A stretch of DNA of 59,033 nt, filler included, from 5 parts of 5 records of this genome joined end to end with filler, not necessarily neighbours in it, one strand, 5' to 3'; numbered from the whole stretch's first letter, positions 30,081-39,470 are shown. Program-made: numbers and translations. Notes: generated by a model from the sequence alone, not told the origin.

Positions 30081-30229
30081 CTTTGATCTTGTTATCAATG
30101 ACAATGCAAACTGAAACGCGTAAAACGTTTGACAGTATCCTTTTTAAAGTCCAGTGCGTTACAACATCATTAACGAAGAACGTAAGGTTTTGTGACGGCA
30201 GGAAACCGCACGAGCACAGGAGAACGATA

Positions 30230-30541
30230 ATGAAAACCGGAATTGGCGCCGTGTCTGGCAAGTTTGCTGCGATCCTGGCTGCGGGAATGTTGATGTCGGC
30301 ATGTTCGGCATTTCAGAAAGAAAACATGACCCTGACCGGGGAAATTACCGATAATGGCCGGGAATGCGTCACGTTTCGTGCGGATGACGGAACCCTTTAT
30401 GCGCTGGCAAACAAGGCAAGCAGTTTCCGTCCTGGCGACAAGGTTCGGGTGACCGGCCATGGCGCGTTGATGACGACCTGCACCGAGGCCGAAACCCTGA
30501 TCGTTGACAAGATTGTATTGCTGGGCGGTGATGCCAAATAG
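30230..30541 (+). CDS. Small OB-fold-like lipoprotein (DUF5818-like)
   Basis: Lipobox MSAC; ECVTFRADDGTLYAL...GDKVRVTG...TTC; AGGAG RBS. Confidence 0.7.
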   Translation: MKTGIGAVSGKFAAILAAGMLMSACSAFQKENMTLTGEITDNGRECVTFRADDGTLYALANKASSFRPGDKVRVTGHGALMTTCTEAETLIVDKIVLLGGDAK

Positions 30542-30580
30542 GACCGCTTCCGGTCGCAATCACACAACGTGAATGCGATT

Positions 30581-31363
30581 TTATTGATCATGCGTTGCAA
30601 AGCAATCCGTGCCGTCAGCCAAAAGCTGGCGGCATTGTTTTTCAGCGCTGGCAATATCAGCAAACCCGCCAAGGCGCAGCCGATGAAACGTTCCCTTGGT
30701 TCCGAGGTCTGTGGTTGAAAGGTTGCGGGGGTGGGATTGTGCCAGATCGGGATACCGGATCATGAAACTTGCCCAATAGGTTTGGGCACTGATCGTGTCG
30801 CGAAACGCACCAAGCTGGATCGCAAATGCGCCGTCGGTTCCGGCGGGGGAGACACTTGTCGCTGTCGATGTTGATGCCTGTGACGCACCGGTTTCGGGGA
30901 TTAAAGGCGATATTGTCATATGCTGTGTGTTCGCGGATGCAGATGCAGATTTTGGCTGGGCGATGAGTGCTGGCGCAGGTTTTTCCATGATTGTGCGTTT
31001 TGCACCTGCGGCTCGCGATGGCGCGCGTTTGATACCTTGTTTTTCCATTCGATATTGCTCGGCAAGGCTTGGCCGATCTGTGTCTTCAAGTAAAACGGGG
31101 TCGCTTCGGATGGTGCCGGGCAGAAGGCTGAAAGGTTGATTGACCGGCGACGGGCTGCTGGTGTGAACGGGTAGATCGGTCGGTATGGCGTCCAGACCGG
31201 ATTTCATTTCTTTGCTTGCGGGATGTGCTGTCTCGATATTTTGCGCCGTGACCTGACCCAGGCCCATGGTCAGAAAAAGACCGGCGGCAATGCATCCTGT
31301 CACGATACTGGCCAGTTTGGATCCGTATCGAACGCGAACAGGGGATGTCGCCGCCGGTATCAT
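30581..31363 (-). CDS. SPOR-domain peptidoglycan-binding protein
   Basis: N-terminal TM/signal, low-complexity linker, IQLGAF...HRLRLGGF...C...L...C. Confidence 0.85.
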   Translation of the reverse strand: MIPAATSPVRVRYGSKLASIVTGCIAAGLFLTMGLGQVTAQNIETAHPASKEMKSGLDAIPTDLPVHTSSPSPVNQPFSLLPGTIRSDPVLLEDTDRPSLAEQYRMEKQGIKRAPSRAAGAKRTIMEKPAPALIAQPKSASASANTQHMTISPLIPETGASQASTSTATSVSPAGTDGAFAIQLGAFRDTISAQTYWASFMIRYPDLAQSHPRNLSTTDLGTKGTFHRLRLGGFADIASAEKQCRQLLADGTDCFATHDQ

Positions 31364-33748
31364 TTATTGTTCCGACCATGCCGGGAAGGCGTGGCGTTCG
31401 CGCAGGATGCGGTCATTCTGGCGCAGCCGTTCCATTGCCTTGCCATAAACGCTGTCGGCGGTGTACTGGCCTTCGGGATGATCGCCGCATGGCTTGCCGC
31501 TGAGCAATTCGATGGCGTCATTGATGTGTTCCACCGTCCAGATGTTGAACTTGCCCTGACGAATTGCCTGAACAACTTCCTCGCGCAGAACAACATTTTC
31601 CGCATTGGCCAGCGGGATGATCACACCCTGATCGCCGGTAAAGCCCTGATCGGCACAAATGCGATAAAATCCTTCGATCTTGTGCGAAATGCCCCCGACT
31701 GGCTGTGCCTGCCCGAACTGGTTCATTGATCCTGTTACACCGATATTCTGGCGCATCGGGATGTTGGAAATTGACGAAATGATCGCGCAAAGTTCGGCCA
31801 TGGATGCCGAATCACCTTCGATCCCGCCATAGTTCTGTTCGAACGTCACGTTACAGGCAAAGGATAGGGGGAATTCCTGTGCAAAGCGGGATTTAAGGAA
31901 CCCTTCGATTGTCATGACTGATTTCTGCTGCAATGGGCCAGACATATCGACCATGCGTTCGATGTTCAAAACGCCGAGGCTGCCGACATAGGAGCGTGCG
32001 GATACGCGTGCGGGCAAACCAAATGCGTGATCGCCATAATCGAGAACGGTCAGCGCGTTAACCTGCCCGACAACCGCACCATAGCTGTCGATCAGAATTT
32101 CGCGACGCTGAACCCGTTCATGGGATCGGTCTTCAAGTCGGCTGTTGCGATGACGGCGTTCTTCGATGGCGCGTCTGACATCGGCCGCCCGGATGCTGCT
32201 GCGTTTGTCGGTTTTGGCCAGTGCGCCGGCTTCGATGGCTACATCCTCGACCCGCTCGATCTGTGCGGTCAGTTTGTCACGTTCCCCGGCCCAGCGGGCC
32301 GCCTGACCCAGCAATTGGCGGATGGCCCCGTTATCAAGCGGGATGCCGGTACGTGACAATGCAGAATCACGCAGTAATCCGGTATAGATCGAAATGTTAC
32401 GACCTGCGGCGGGCATGTCGGCATCGATGTCGGCCTTCACCCGGAAATGGTTGCGAAAATCAACATCCAGCGAGAAGAATGTATAGTAATATTTCGGTGC
32501 GCCGACGATCACGACCTTGACGTCAAGCGGGATGGGGCGCGGTTCCGGTGCACCGGCAGTTGGCGGGCCGGATTTATGGGTTTCCTCGATCCGGATTTCG
32601 CCATCACGAAGGGCTGCTTTCAGGAACGCCCAGCTGTCTTCGTGTTCGACCAGCGATTCCGCGCGCAAAACCAGAACGCCGCCATTGGCGCGATGCAGGG
32701 CACCTGGCTTGATCAGGCTGAAATGCGGGTGCATGCCACCTGCTACCGGGCGGTACTGGATTTGGCCAAACAGGTTATCATAGCTTGGGCTTGGTTCCAG
32801 AACGACATCAGGATGCTTGTCGCGCGAATGGTCGATCAGAAGATTGACCGCATAACGGTCATCGACGGTTTCGGGCATTTTGCCATCGCCGCTGTCGATG
32901 GCGGGCTGGTCGCTGGCTTCTTCGAACGCGTCGATATTATCCAGAATGTCTTTTTCAAGCGCTTCGAACCACGCCTTCATTCCCGGTGCGGTGAATTTGT
33001 CGCGGATTTTGCGAATGCGCGGCTTCAGAACGACCTTTGCGGCCCCGCGGCGAAGCGCATCAAGCGTGTCGGAAATCTGTTCTTCAAGATCGCGGGTCGA
33101 AAGCAGCGTCTTGCGGGCTTCTTCGGCGACTTCTTCAAATGCATCTTCGGCTTCGGCGCGGCGCTCTTTGGGGATTTCGTCAAGCGAAACGGGCTCGCCT
33201 TCTTCGTTCAGGGCGACGATCATCACGCCTTTTTCGTTTTCCTGAACATCCAGACCGCGTTCGCGGGCATATTCGCGCAAGGCGTCGAATTTTTCGCGCA
33301 GTTGTGCACGCGCTTCTTCCGTCTGGGTCTGGGTTTCGGTCAGGTGGGCTGGCGCGTTGAATGCGGATGCAAATGCCTCGCGCAGGTGCGATACCAGCGT
33401 TTCCATCGCATCGGCCAGTTTGCGGCCTTCACCGGCGGGAAGGGCATAAGGGCGCGGGCGATTGGTGCGGGAAAAGTTGTTCAGATATACCCAGTCCTGT
33501 GGTGCTGGGCGCTCTTCCATCGACTTTTTTAGATATTCGAGGGTTGCGGTCATACGACCAGCGCGATCAAGGCCCAGAACAAAGATGTTGAAGCCCGGCT
33601 CGGACATTGAAAGACCGAACTTCAATGCCTCTGCTGCTCGGTAATGCGATGAAAAAGCAAAAATTTCAGGAGACTGGTCTTTGTGTGGGCTGCGAATCCG
33701 GAAGTGGGGGAAGCCACAATCATCAGCGTCGAGGCGGGAAACTGGCAT
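31364..33748 (-). CDS. Lon-family (LonC/YcbZ-type) protease
   Basis: DWVYLNNF, PGALHRANGG, catalytic EGDSAS and GGISHKIEGF; degenerate Walker A (GLDRAGR). Confidence 0.88.
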   Translation of the reverse strand: MPVSRLDADDCGFPHFRIRSPHKDQSPEIFAFSSHYRAAEALKFGLSMSEPGFNIFVLGLDRAGRMTATLEYLKKSMEERPAPQDWVYLNNFSRTNRPRPYALPAGEGRKLADAMETLVSHLREAFASAFNAPAHLTETQTQTEEARAQLREKFDALREYARERGLDVQENEKGVMIVALNEEGEPVSLDEIPKERRAEAEDAFEEVAEEARKTLLSTRDLEEQISDTLDALRRGAAKVVLKPRIRKIRDKFTAPGMKAWFEALEKDILDNIDAFEEASDQPAIDSGDGKMPETVDDRYAVNLLIDHSRDKHPDVVLEPSPSYDNLFGQIQYRPVAGGMHPHFSLIKPGALHRANGGVLVLRAESLVEHEDSWAFLKAALRDGEIRIEETHKSGPPTAGAPEPRPIPLDVKVVIVGAPKYYYTFFSLDVDFRNHFRVKADIDADMPAAGRNISIYTGLLRDSALSRTGIPLDNGAIRQLLGQAARWAGERDKLTAQIERVEDVAIEAGALAKTDKRSSIRAADVRRAIEERRHRNSRLEDRSHERVQRREILIDSYGAVVGQVNALTVLDYGDHAFGLPARVSARSYVGSLGVLNIERMVDMSGPLQQKSVMTIEGFLKSRFAQEFPLSFACNVTFEQNYGGIEGDSASMAELCAIISSISNIPMRQNIGVTGSMNQFGQAQPVGGISHKIEGFYRICADQGFTGDQGVIIPLANAENVVLREEVVQAIRQGKFNIWTVEHINDAIELLSGKPCGDHPEGQYTADSVYGKAMERLRQNDRILRERHAFPAWSEQ

Positions 33749-33962
33749 TTGCTGTCTTTCTGCTGCCCAAGAAGGATGTGATCAGGCAAGGACACCGATC
33801 ACGAAATCTTATCTTGGAAGCAACGCGATAGGACGGTCAAGAGCAGCTTGTCGATTTTGCGATATGGGCGTCCCGGGAATTGATGATGCGATGGTGTAAT
33901 GCCTCGTGCAGCTATTATCAAACCGCAACCAAAAGGCGTTTCAGTCATGGACAAAAAACGTT

Positions 33963-35405
33963 TTACATCACGACCGTATTGCCAAACTCGCTGGTTTGCA
34001 GCAGGCGTTCGACAATCTGAACGCCGTGACGCAGACGTTCGGTCGATTTTTCGGCCCCGAAACAAAGCCTTAGCCCGCGTTGTGGATGCCCGACCGAAAA
34101 CTGCTGTGCTGCGGTCAGAAGCACACCGTTATTGGCCGCATTCATGACCAGTTCACCCGGATCGATATGGTCGGGCAGATCAAGCCAGATATGATAGTTG
34201 GTCGGATGAAACCGGACATTGTAGCCCTTTAGCGTGCCCAGAATGATCGAAAGCCGTCTTGCGGCTTCTTCACGATGCCAGGCTTCATATCGTTTGAGGC
34301 TGCCATCTTCGATCAGGCGTAAAACAAGTTCCAGATTGATGGCCGATACCATCCAGCAGGTTGATCGAATGGCGCTTGCGAGTTTGGCGATCATTTCGCT
34401 TGGGGCGTGGATATAACCGACGCGAAGACCGCCGCCGATGCTTTTTGAGACCCCGTCCAGATAGATGCTGCGTTCCGGCGCAAAGCATGAGAGCGGCGGT
34501 GGCGCATCGGGATTGAGGAAGTGATAGATGCCATCCTCGATCAAAAGCAGATCATATTTGCGCAGAATTTCAGCGATTTCCATGCGTCGCTGTTGGCTCA
34601 TGGTGCAGCACAGCGGATTGTGCAGGGTTGGCATCAAATAAATGGCGCGCGGGCTTTGTGTCCGGCAAAGGGTTTCAAGAACATCCGGAATGATGCCTTC
34701 GTCGTCCATGGCAACACCACGCAGACGGAATTGCAGCAGATTTGCAAGGCTGCGCAGGTTCGGATAGGTCAGTTCTTCGCACAGGACCAGATCGCCTGGT
34801 CGTACGGTTGCCAGCAATGAAACCGTCATGCCGTGCTGAACGCCTGCGGTTGGCAGAACACGTTCCGGATTGTCATCCAGTCCGAGTGCACCGGCCATTG
34901 AGGCAAGGGCGCGCCGGTGGCCCGGCATGCCATATTCCGACTTGTAGGTGATCATGTCATCCAGAGGGGTACATTTGGCGACATCAATCAGGACATTGCG
35001 AATATGGTCTTCGCGCGGGGGGAGGGGGCAATTCATGCGGAAATTGACCGGCCCGATATCCTCGTCATCATCATTTGCCGTTTCGCGGGCCATTTTCCCG
35101 ATATTGTTACTGAAGTGTCCCGGTGCGGGAACCGTCACCGCCATATCCAGTTCGCTTTGTAAATTGCCCAGCACATATGTGCCGCGTCCGACTTCGCCAG
35201 CAACAAGCCCCAGTCTTTCCGCCTCGCGGTAGGACCGCGTAATCGTGCCGACTGTAACGCCAAGGTGATAGGCAAGGTCGCGATGGGTGGGAAGACGGTC
35301 GCCGGGTTTGAGTGACCCGTCATCAACCGCGCTGCGGATGGCGTGTGCGATCCGTCGATAAACAGGGCCGCTGCCGCCTTCGATGTTTGGAAACCATATT
35401 GTCAT
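33963..35405 (-). CDS. MocR/GabR-family regulator (GntR HTH + PLP aminotransferase domain)
   Basis: GDRLPTHRDLA...GRGTYV, PTLHNP and SKSIGGGLRVG. Confidence 0.93.
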   Translation of the reverse strand: MTIWFPNIEGGSGPVYRRIAHAIRSAVDDGSLKPGDRLPTHRDLAYHLGVTVGTITRSYREAERLGLVAGEVGRGTYVLGNLQSELDMAVTVPAPGHFSNNIGKMARETANDDDEDIGPVNFRMNCPLPPREDHIRNVLIDVAKCTPLDDMITYKSEYGMPGHRRALASMAGALGLDDNPERVLPTAGVQHGMTVSLLATVRPGDLVLCEELTYPNLRSLANLLQFRLRGVAMDDEGIIPDVLETLCRTQSPRAIYLMPTLHNPLCCTMSQQRRMEIAEILRKYDLLLIEDGIYHFLNPDAPPPLSCFAPERSIYLDGVSKSIGGGLRVGYIHAPSEMIAKLASAIRSTCWMVSAINLELVLRLIEDGSLKRYEAWHREEAARRLSIILGTLKGYNVRFHPTNYHIWLDLPDHIDPGELVMNAANNGVLLTAAQQFSVGHPQRGLRLCFGAEKSTERLRHGVQIVERLLQTSEFGNTVVM

Positions 35406-35423
35406 GGTGACAATGTTTAAATT

Positions 35424-35523
35424 NNNNNNNNNNNNNNNNNNNNNNNNNNNNNNNNNNNNNNNNNNNNTTAATTAATTAANNNNNNNNNNNNNNNNNNNNN
35501 NNNNNNNNNNNNNNNNNNNNNNN
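35424..35523. other. Artificial contig spacer
   Basis: N run with TTAATTAATTAA. Confidence 0.99.
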
Positions 35524-35598
35524 CAGAAAGGTGTTCACGGACTCCTCAAGGGCGCCGAGTTCTTCATCGCTAAACAGGATGGTGTCGAGTTCGCTCAT
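35524..35598 (-). CDS. 5' fragment of an element gene (MSELDTILFSDEELGALEESVNTFL...)
   Basis: ATG at 35598 overlaps the RHH stop (ATGA); open to the contig edge. Confidence 0.5.
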
Positions 35599-35771
35599 GA
35601 GTCGGTGGACTCACGCTCTGTCAGGGGCGCTTCGACGCGGTGGGTGCGCTCGGCGATAGCAAGTTCAATCACCGTTCCCATCGGTCGGCGCTCGATGCGA
35701 GCAAGATGGCGAAGAGCTTCGCGGGTCGTTTTGGTAATATAGACAGTAGTTCTATCAGAGTTGTGCGGCAT
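35595..35771 (-). CDS. 58-aa ribbon-helix-helix (CopG-like) protein
   Basis: MPHNSDRTTVYITKTTREALRHLARIERRPMGTVIELAIAERTHRVEAPLTERESTDS; AGGA RBS; below the ORF-track cut-off. Confidence 0.75.
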   Translation of the reverse strand: MPHNSDRTTVYITKTTREALRHLARIERRPMGTVIELAIAERTHRVEAPLTERESTDS

Positions 35772-35952
35772 GACTGTTCCTATATTGAAGTAATACAGGC
35801 AATTATATAGAAATCACTGATAAATATCTAGTAGTAAAATAAAATAGAAAGCGACTTCTGGATGGGGGTCAATATTGGATAATTCTTCTAAGGCTTCGGT
35901 GTTTGTGAAGCAAGTATAGTGTTTTGTCTGAAGTAGTGGTATAAACAGAAAA

Positions 35953-37638
35953 TTATGCTGCGTTCTCTTGCTTTGATAAGATGGTGTTCCAATCGACGCT
36001 ATCGAAAACAGCCTTATTCAAAGCCTCTTGGCGAGCTTCGATAGAGAAGCCATGGATGTAGCGGGCGCCGGATGATTTATCAGCATGGCCCGCGATTGCA
36101 TCGTTAAGCTCTTTGCTCACACCAGCCAGCGACAGTGCGGTTTTGAGGGTGTGTCGGAACGAGTAGAAATGCTTCTTCTGATCATGGATTTTTAGTGACG
36201 GGAGGTAGGTCCGGTTGAACCATCTCGGGAGGCGATCACTATACTTACCTGACGCCGTTGGGAGCCAATCTGGGAAGAGCCGTTTCTCTCCCGACTCACG
36301 CAAAGCCGAAACTCGGTTCATTAGGCCCAAATCAATTAGGCGCTGGTGCACAGGAACAAGCCTGATGCTCGCGTTGTTTTTCAGGTTTTCTGCGAAATCA
36401 AAAACAAGCACACCACGCTCTTGTCTTATGCGGTCGAGCTGAATCTGAGCAATTTCTGAGGGTCTGGCGCCTGTGTGTAGTGCTACCAGCAATGCCCACT
36501 GCCGTGTTTCCAATAGCGCACCGGATGCAAACAGCGGTGGGCTGAATATTTTGGCGAGGTCTTCTGGACTGAATTGCACCCTTGGAGGGTCTTTCTGCCC
36601 AGCTCCTTCTTCTACCCGAACTCCGGCAGCGGGGTTGTCTGGGATGATGCCGTTGTTTGCCATCCAAGAGAGAATAGCCTTGATGTGAGCAAGCCATTTG
36701 TCGCTGATTGTGCCTGGATTCAGTGTTGGAAAAGGCTTGGCTCGTTTCTCATTTGCATCAATAGCTTCCGGTAATGTCAGGCCTGGAAACCGTTTCACAT
36801 AATTGCTCGGAACACGAAGCAGGGCGCGTTTATAAGCAAGCATATCTTGCCGTGAAATGTCGCATACCGGCTTCAGTTCGCCGAAGAACTCTTCGAGCAT
36901 CCGAACCGCAACAGCATGCTCTTTCGCAGTGGCTGGTCGAATGGCTGTCCGCTCCTCATGGAACATGGGAAGCAGCTCGCCCAATGTCTTATACGAGTGT
37001 TCGCTGAGGACCCGGCCCCGTCCTAGTTCGCTTAAGGTCGGTGGAACAGGAGGCTTCTGGTCAAGCAGGATCGGAAGCGACGGTTCTGGCAGCATGACTA
37101 TACCGTTATCGCGCTCGCGTGAACGCGCTAGCGCTTCCAGTTTTACTCCGGCGAGCACCTGTAGCAACTCGCGGCGTTCCGGGGTGCCGTGGATTGCAGT
37201 CGCTTCACCTCTTTCCGCGATCTCGTCAGCGGCCCAACCTAATATTACTTCTGCCTCCTCCTCATCCAGGCGACCCGCAGCCAAGCGACGCAGAGAAGTC
37301 GCCAGTGCGTTGCTGGTCAGTTCGTTAAACTCTCTGATCTGGTTCTCGCCTGCCTGCGCGCGACTATCGTCGTCTCTTTCAAGCTCTCGTTTGTAGAACT
37401 CCCTGACAACCTTCGTCAGTGGAGGCGTCTCGGACGCAAGTTGGTTTTTCGCCTGATCGATTTTTTCGAAAAGATGAGCGACGACTTTATGAAGATTGCG
37501 CTCGGCAGTCCGCTTATCGGGCCCAAGCGGTTCACGCAGTTCTGTCTTTCCAATGATGCGGCGCAATTCTGGTGGCACTACAACGCGGGCATAAAACCGT
37601 CCGTCGCGGTTTAAAATGTGCTTGGTTTTCCCCGCCAT
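35953..37638 (-). CDS. Tyrosine recombinase/integrase with DUF6538-like N-terminus
   Basis: FYARVVVP...ELREPLG N-terminus; catalytic HTGARPSEI, LKN, YSFRH, AGH and ARY. Confidence 0.92.
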   Translation of the reverse strand: MAGKTKHILNRDGRFYARVVVPPELRRIIGKTELREPLGPDKRTAERNLHKVVAHLFEKIDQAKNQLASETPPLTKVVREFYKRELERDDDSRAQAGENQIREFNELTSNALATSLRRLAAGRLDEEEAEVILGWAADEIAERGEATAIHGTPERRELLQVLAGVKLEALARSRERDNGIVMLPEPSLPILLDQKPPVPPTLSELGRGRVLSEHSYKTLGELLPMFHEERTAIRPATAKEHAVAVRMLEEFFGELKPVCDISRQDMLAYKRALLRVPSNYVKRFPGLTLPEAIDANEKRAKPFPTLNPGTISDKWLAHIKAILSWMANNGIIPDNPAAGVRVEEGAGQKDPPRVQFSPEDLAKIFSPPLFASGALLETRQWALLVALHTGARPSEIAQIQLDRIRQERGVLVFDFAENLKNNASIRLVPVHQRLIDLGLMNRVSALRESGEKRLFPDWLPTASGKYSDRLPRWFNRTYLPSLKIHDQKKHFYSFRHTLKTALSLAGVSKELNDAIAGHADKSSGARYIHGFSIEARQEALNKAVFDSVDWNTILSKQENAA

Positions 37639-37662
37639 CGAACATTCCCAGAATCCATGTTT

Positions 37663-37682
37663 TGTAACATGTTCTGTAACAT
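37663..37682. repeat. Arm-type direct repeat TGTAACAT x2
   Basis: Copies at 37663-37670 and 37675-37682, between the integrase start and att. Confidence 0.6.
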
Positions 37683-37757
37683 CAAAATGGGTGAAAATAT
37701 CAATTATCTCGGTAAGTTATAGGATTTCTGCGGGGTCTTGCGTTGCTTGGCGGAGTG

Positions 37758-37774
37758 TCCCTCTCTCTCCGCCA
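37758..37774 (+). other. att core: duplicated 3' end of a tRNA-Ser
   Basis: TCCCTCTCTCTCCGCCA, preceded by the inverted half-site TGGCGGAG (37748-37755); no full tRNA present. Confidence 0.75.
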
Positions 37775-37834
37775 GTTTCCCTGCTCCCTATATAGTGCAG
37801 TAATTTCAATGCCTTGAATGGGTCGGGGTGTGCG

Positions 37835-37858
37835 TTGTCCCACACGTTTGTCCCACAC
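37835..37858. repeat. Arm-type direct repeat TTGTCCCACAC x2
   Basis: Copies at 37835-37845 and 37848-37858; IHF-like TTTCAATGCCTTG at 37804-37816. Confidence 0.65.
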
Positions 37859-37974
37859 ATATTGTCATTTTTGGGTCGCCTACGGCGAGTATCGCTTGAC
37901 TATTATTGCAAGCGATGCACGAGTAAGCGCACTGATGTTTTCAGTTCGCACGAGTCTTGTTGGACTAGTCTCCC

Positions 37975-38604
37975 ATGGCTGACCTTGCTCCGAACCCTGA
38001 TACGCCGCCCGATTTTCTTGCATGGGGAAAGCTGCTCGTTGATTTCGTTGATGCTGTGGCTTGGCCGGTCGCAGCAACGGTCATCCTGCTGGTTTTCAAG
38101 AGGCAATTGAAGGACCTCATCCCCTTCTTGAAGCGACTCAAGGCTGGCTCCCTTGAGGCGGAGTTCGATTTCGAACGTGGTGTACGCGAAGCAGCCGAAG
38201 TCGTTGAGGAAGACGGCCTTACAGCACCTCTTTCTACCGATACCGAGTATGACGACTGGGTTGTCAGCACAGCCAGAGCTGAACTCCTACGAAAGGGGCA
38301 GCTCGACCCGCGCTCCGCAGTGCTTGAGGCGTGGATACGAGTGGAGCGTGCCCTTGAGCGGGCGGTGAGTGATAATGCGCTCCATACACGCAGCAAGTCG
38401 CCAACCGCACTCATGAAGCTACTGCTTCAAGAGCAGAAAATTTCTCCAACGGAAGTCGCTGTATTCCATGACTTGCGCTCACTGCGGAACGAGGCAGCTC
38501 ATGCAGATGATTTCTCACCGTCGTTTGAGGCCACAGAGTCGTTTCTAGCGATGGCAGCGCGCCTGGAGTGGGCACTCAATCGAGCTTCCCGCAACGACCA
38601 GTAG
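37975..38604 (+). CDS. Membrane-anchored HEPN/DUF4145-like protein
   Basis: N-terminal TM (AWPVAATVILLVF); PRSAVLEAW..VE helix; Rx4H motif RNEAAH. Confidence 0.7.
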   Translation: MADLAPNPDTPPDFLAWGKLLVDFVDAVAWPVAATVILLVFKRQLKDLIPFLKRLKAGSLEAEFDFERGVREAAEVVEEDGLTAPLSTDTEYDDWVVSTARAELLRKGQLDPRSAVLEAWIRVERALERAVSDNALHTRSKSPTALMKLLLQEQKISPTEVAVFHDLRSLRNEAAHADDFSPSFEATESFLAMAARLEWALNRASRNDQ

Positions 38605-38801
38605 GTCCATCGCAGAGTTGACTTCGATCGACTCGTTGTGAGACGGGCTTCTTCATATGAGTGGATTCGACCTCAGCCATTCAAGTTTACTTGCCGAGTT
38701 GCGAAGCAGCCTTCTGTGCTGCGAGTTCTCACATTTCCCCCATAGCCCCCTTTGGCCGCAACAATACTCGGTCGAGGCGGTGCAAGCACCGGGAGGACGT
38801 C

Positions 38802-39470
38802 TTGGTCCCAACGCACCTACAACAGCTCGTATGCGACTTCGACTCGGACAACCGACAGCAGGGGATCGCGGCCATGGCCGTATGGGTCAGGGACCAACTC
38901 GCTAGCTGCATTCACCCAGATGCATCCGTGGTCTCCATCGACGGGCTTGACGGTGTCTGCAAAACAACGATGGGGGAGCAACTCAGCCACGTTCTTCAAT
39001 TCGGTCATGTCGACCTTGATCATCATCTTAGACGCGAACAGGGCATGTTCCTTGAAGCGCTGAACTTCTCTGACCTGAAGAAAGCGATGTCAGAAGCCGT
39101 CACAGATCGTGGAGGAGTGGTTGTCACCGGGTGCCTCATGGACGAGGCGCTCAAGCCCTGTGGGATGCGCTCAGACTACCGCATCTATGCTGTGCGTACG
39201 CGTGCGATGAGCATAGGGCACGGGGAGATCAGTGACTGCGTGCGGGATTATGAGATTCTGTACGGCGAAGAGACGGCCAGCGAGTGCATCGCAGAGCAAG
39301 AGGAGCAGCTACAAAAATTCAGCGCCATCGCAGCCGAACTCGAAGGAATGGACATCGGAGGCGAACTCCCTACGCTCTCCGGCTTAACGCGTGAACTCAT
39401 CAACTATCATAAGCGGTCGCGTCCTCATGACGACGCGGATCTGATCGTGAAGGTCAGGGAGTCTCTCTAG
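38802..39470 (+). CDS. P-loop nucleoside/nucleotide kinase-like protein
   Basis: VVSIDGLDGVCKTT Walker A variant; GGAGG RBS before TTG 38802 (frame open from 38661). Confidence 0.65.
   Translation: MVPTHLQQLVCDFDSDNRQQGIAAMAVWVRDQLASCIHPDASVVSIDGLDGVCKTTMGEQLSHVLQFGHVDLDHHLRREQGMFLEALNFSDLKKAMSEAVTDRGGVVVTGCLMDEALKPCGMRSDYRIYAVRTRAMSIGHGEISDCVRDYEILYGEETASECIAEQEEQLQKFSAIAAELEGMDIGGELPTLSGLTRELINYHKRSRPHDDADLIVKVRESL

Larger units (their letters stand above)
35524..37774. mobile_element. Right end of an integrative element (genomic island, prophage or satellite)
   Basis: Tyrosine integrase, RHH regulator, AT-rich spacer, arm-type repeats and a tRNA 3'-end duplicate. Confidence 0.8.

Noticed and set aside
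32447-33532. Long antisense ORFs (also 20200-21102, 39562-40509, 45881-46792, 55092-56042, 56304-57449)
   Set aside because: Expected stop-poor shadows of high-GC coding strands, with no protein motifs.
37748-37774. Complete tRNA gene or terminator
   Set aside because: Only the 3' 17 nt of a tRNA are present, with no D or anticodon arms; better explained as an att site.
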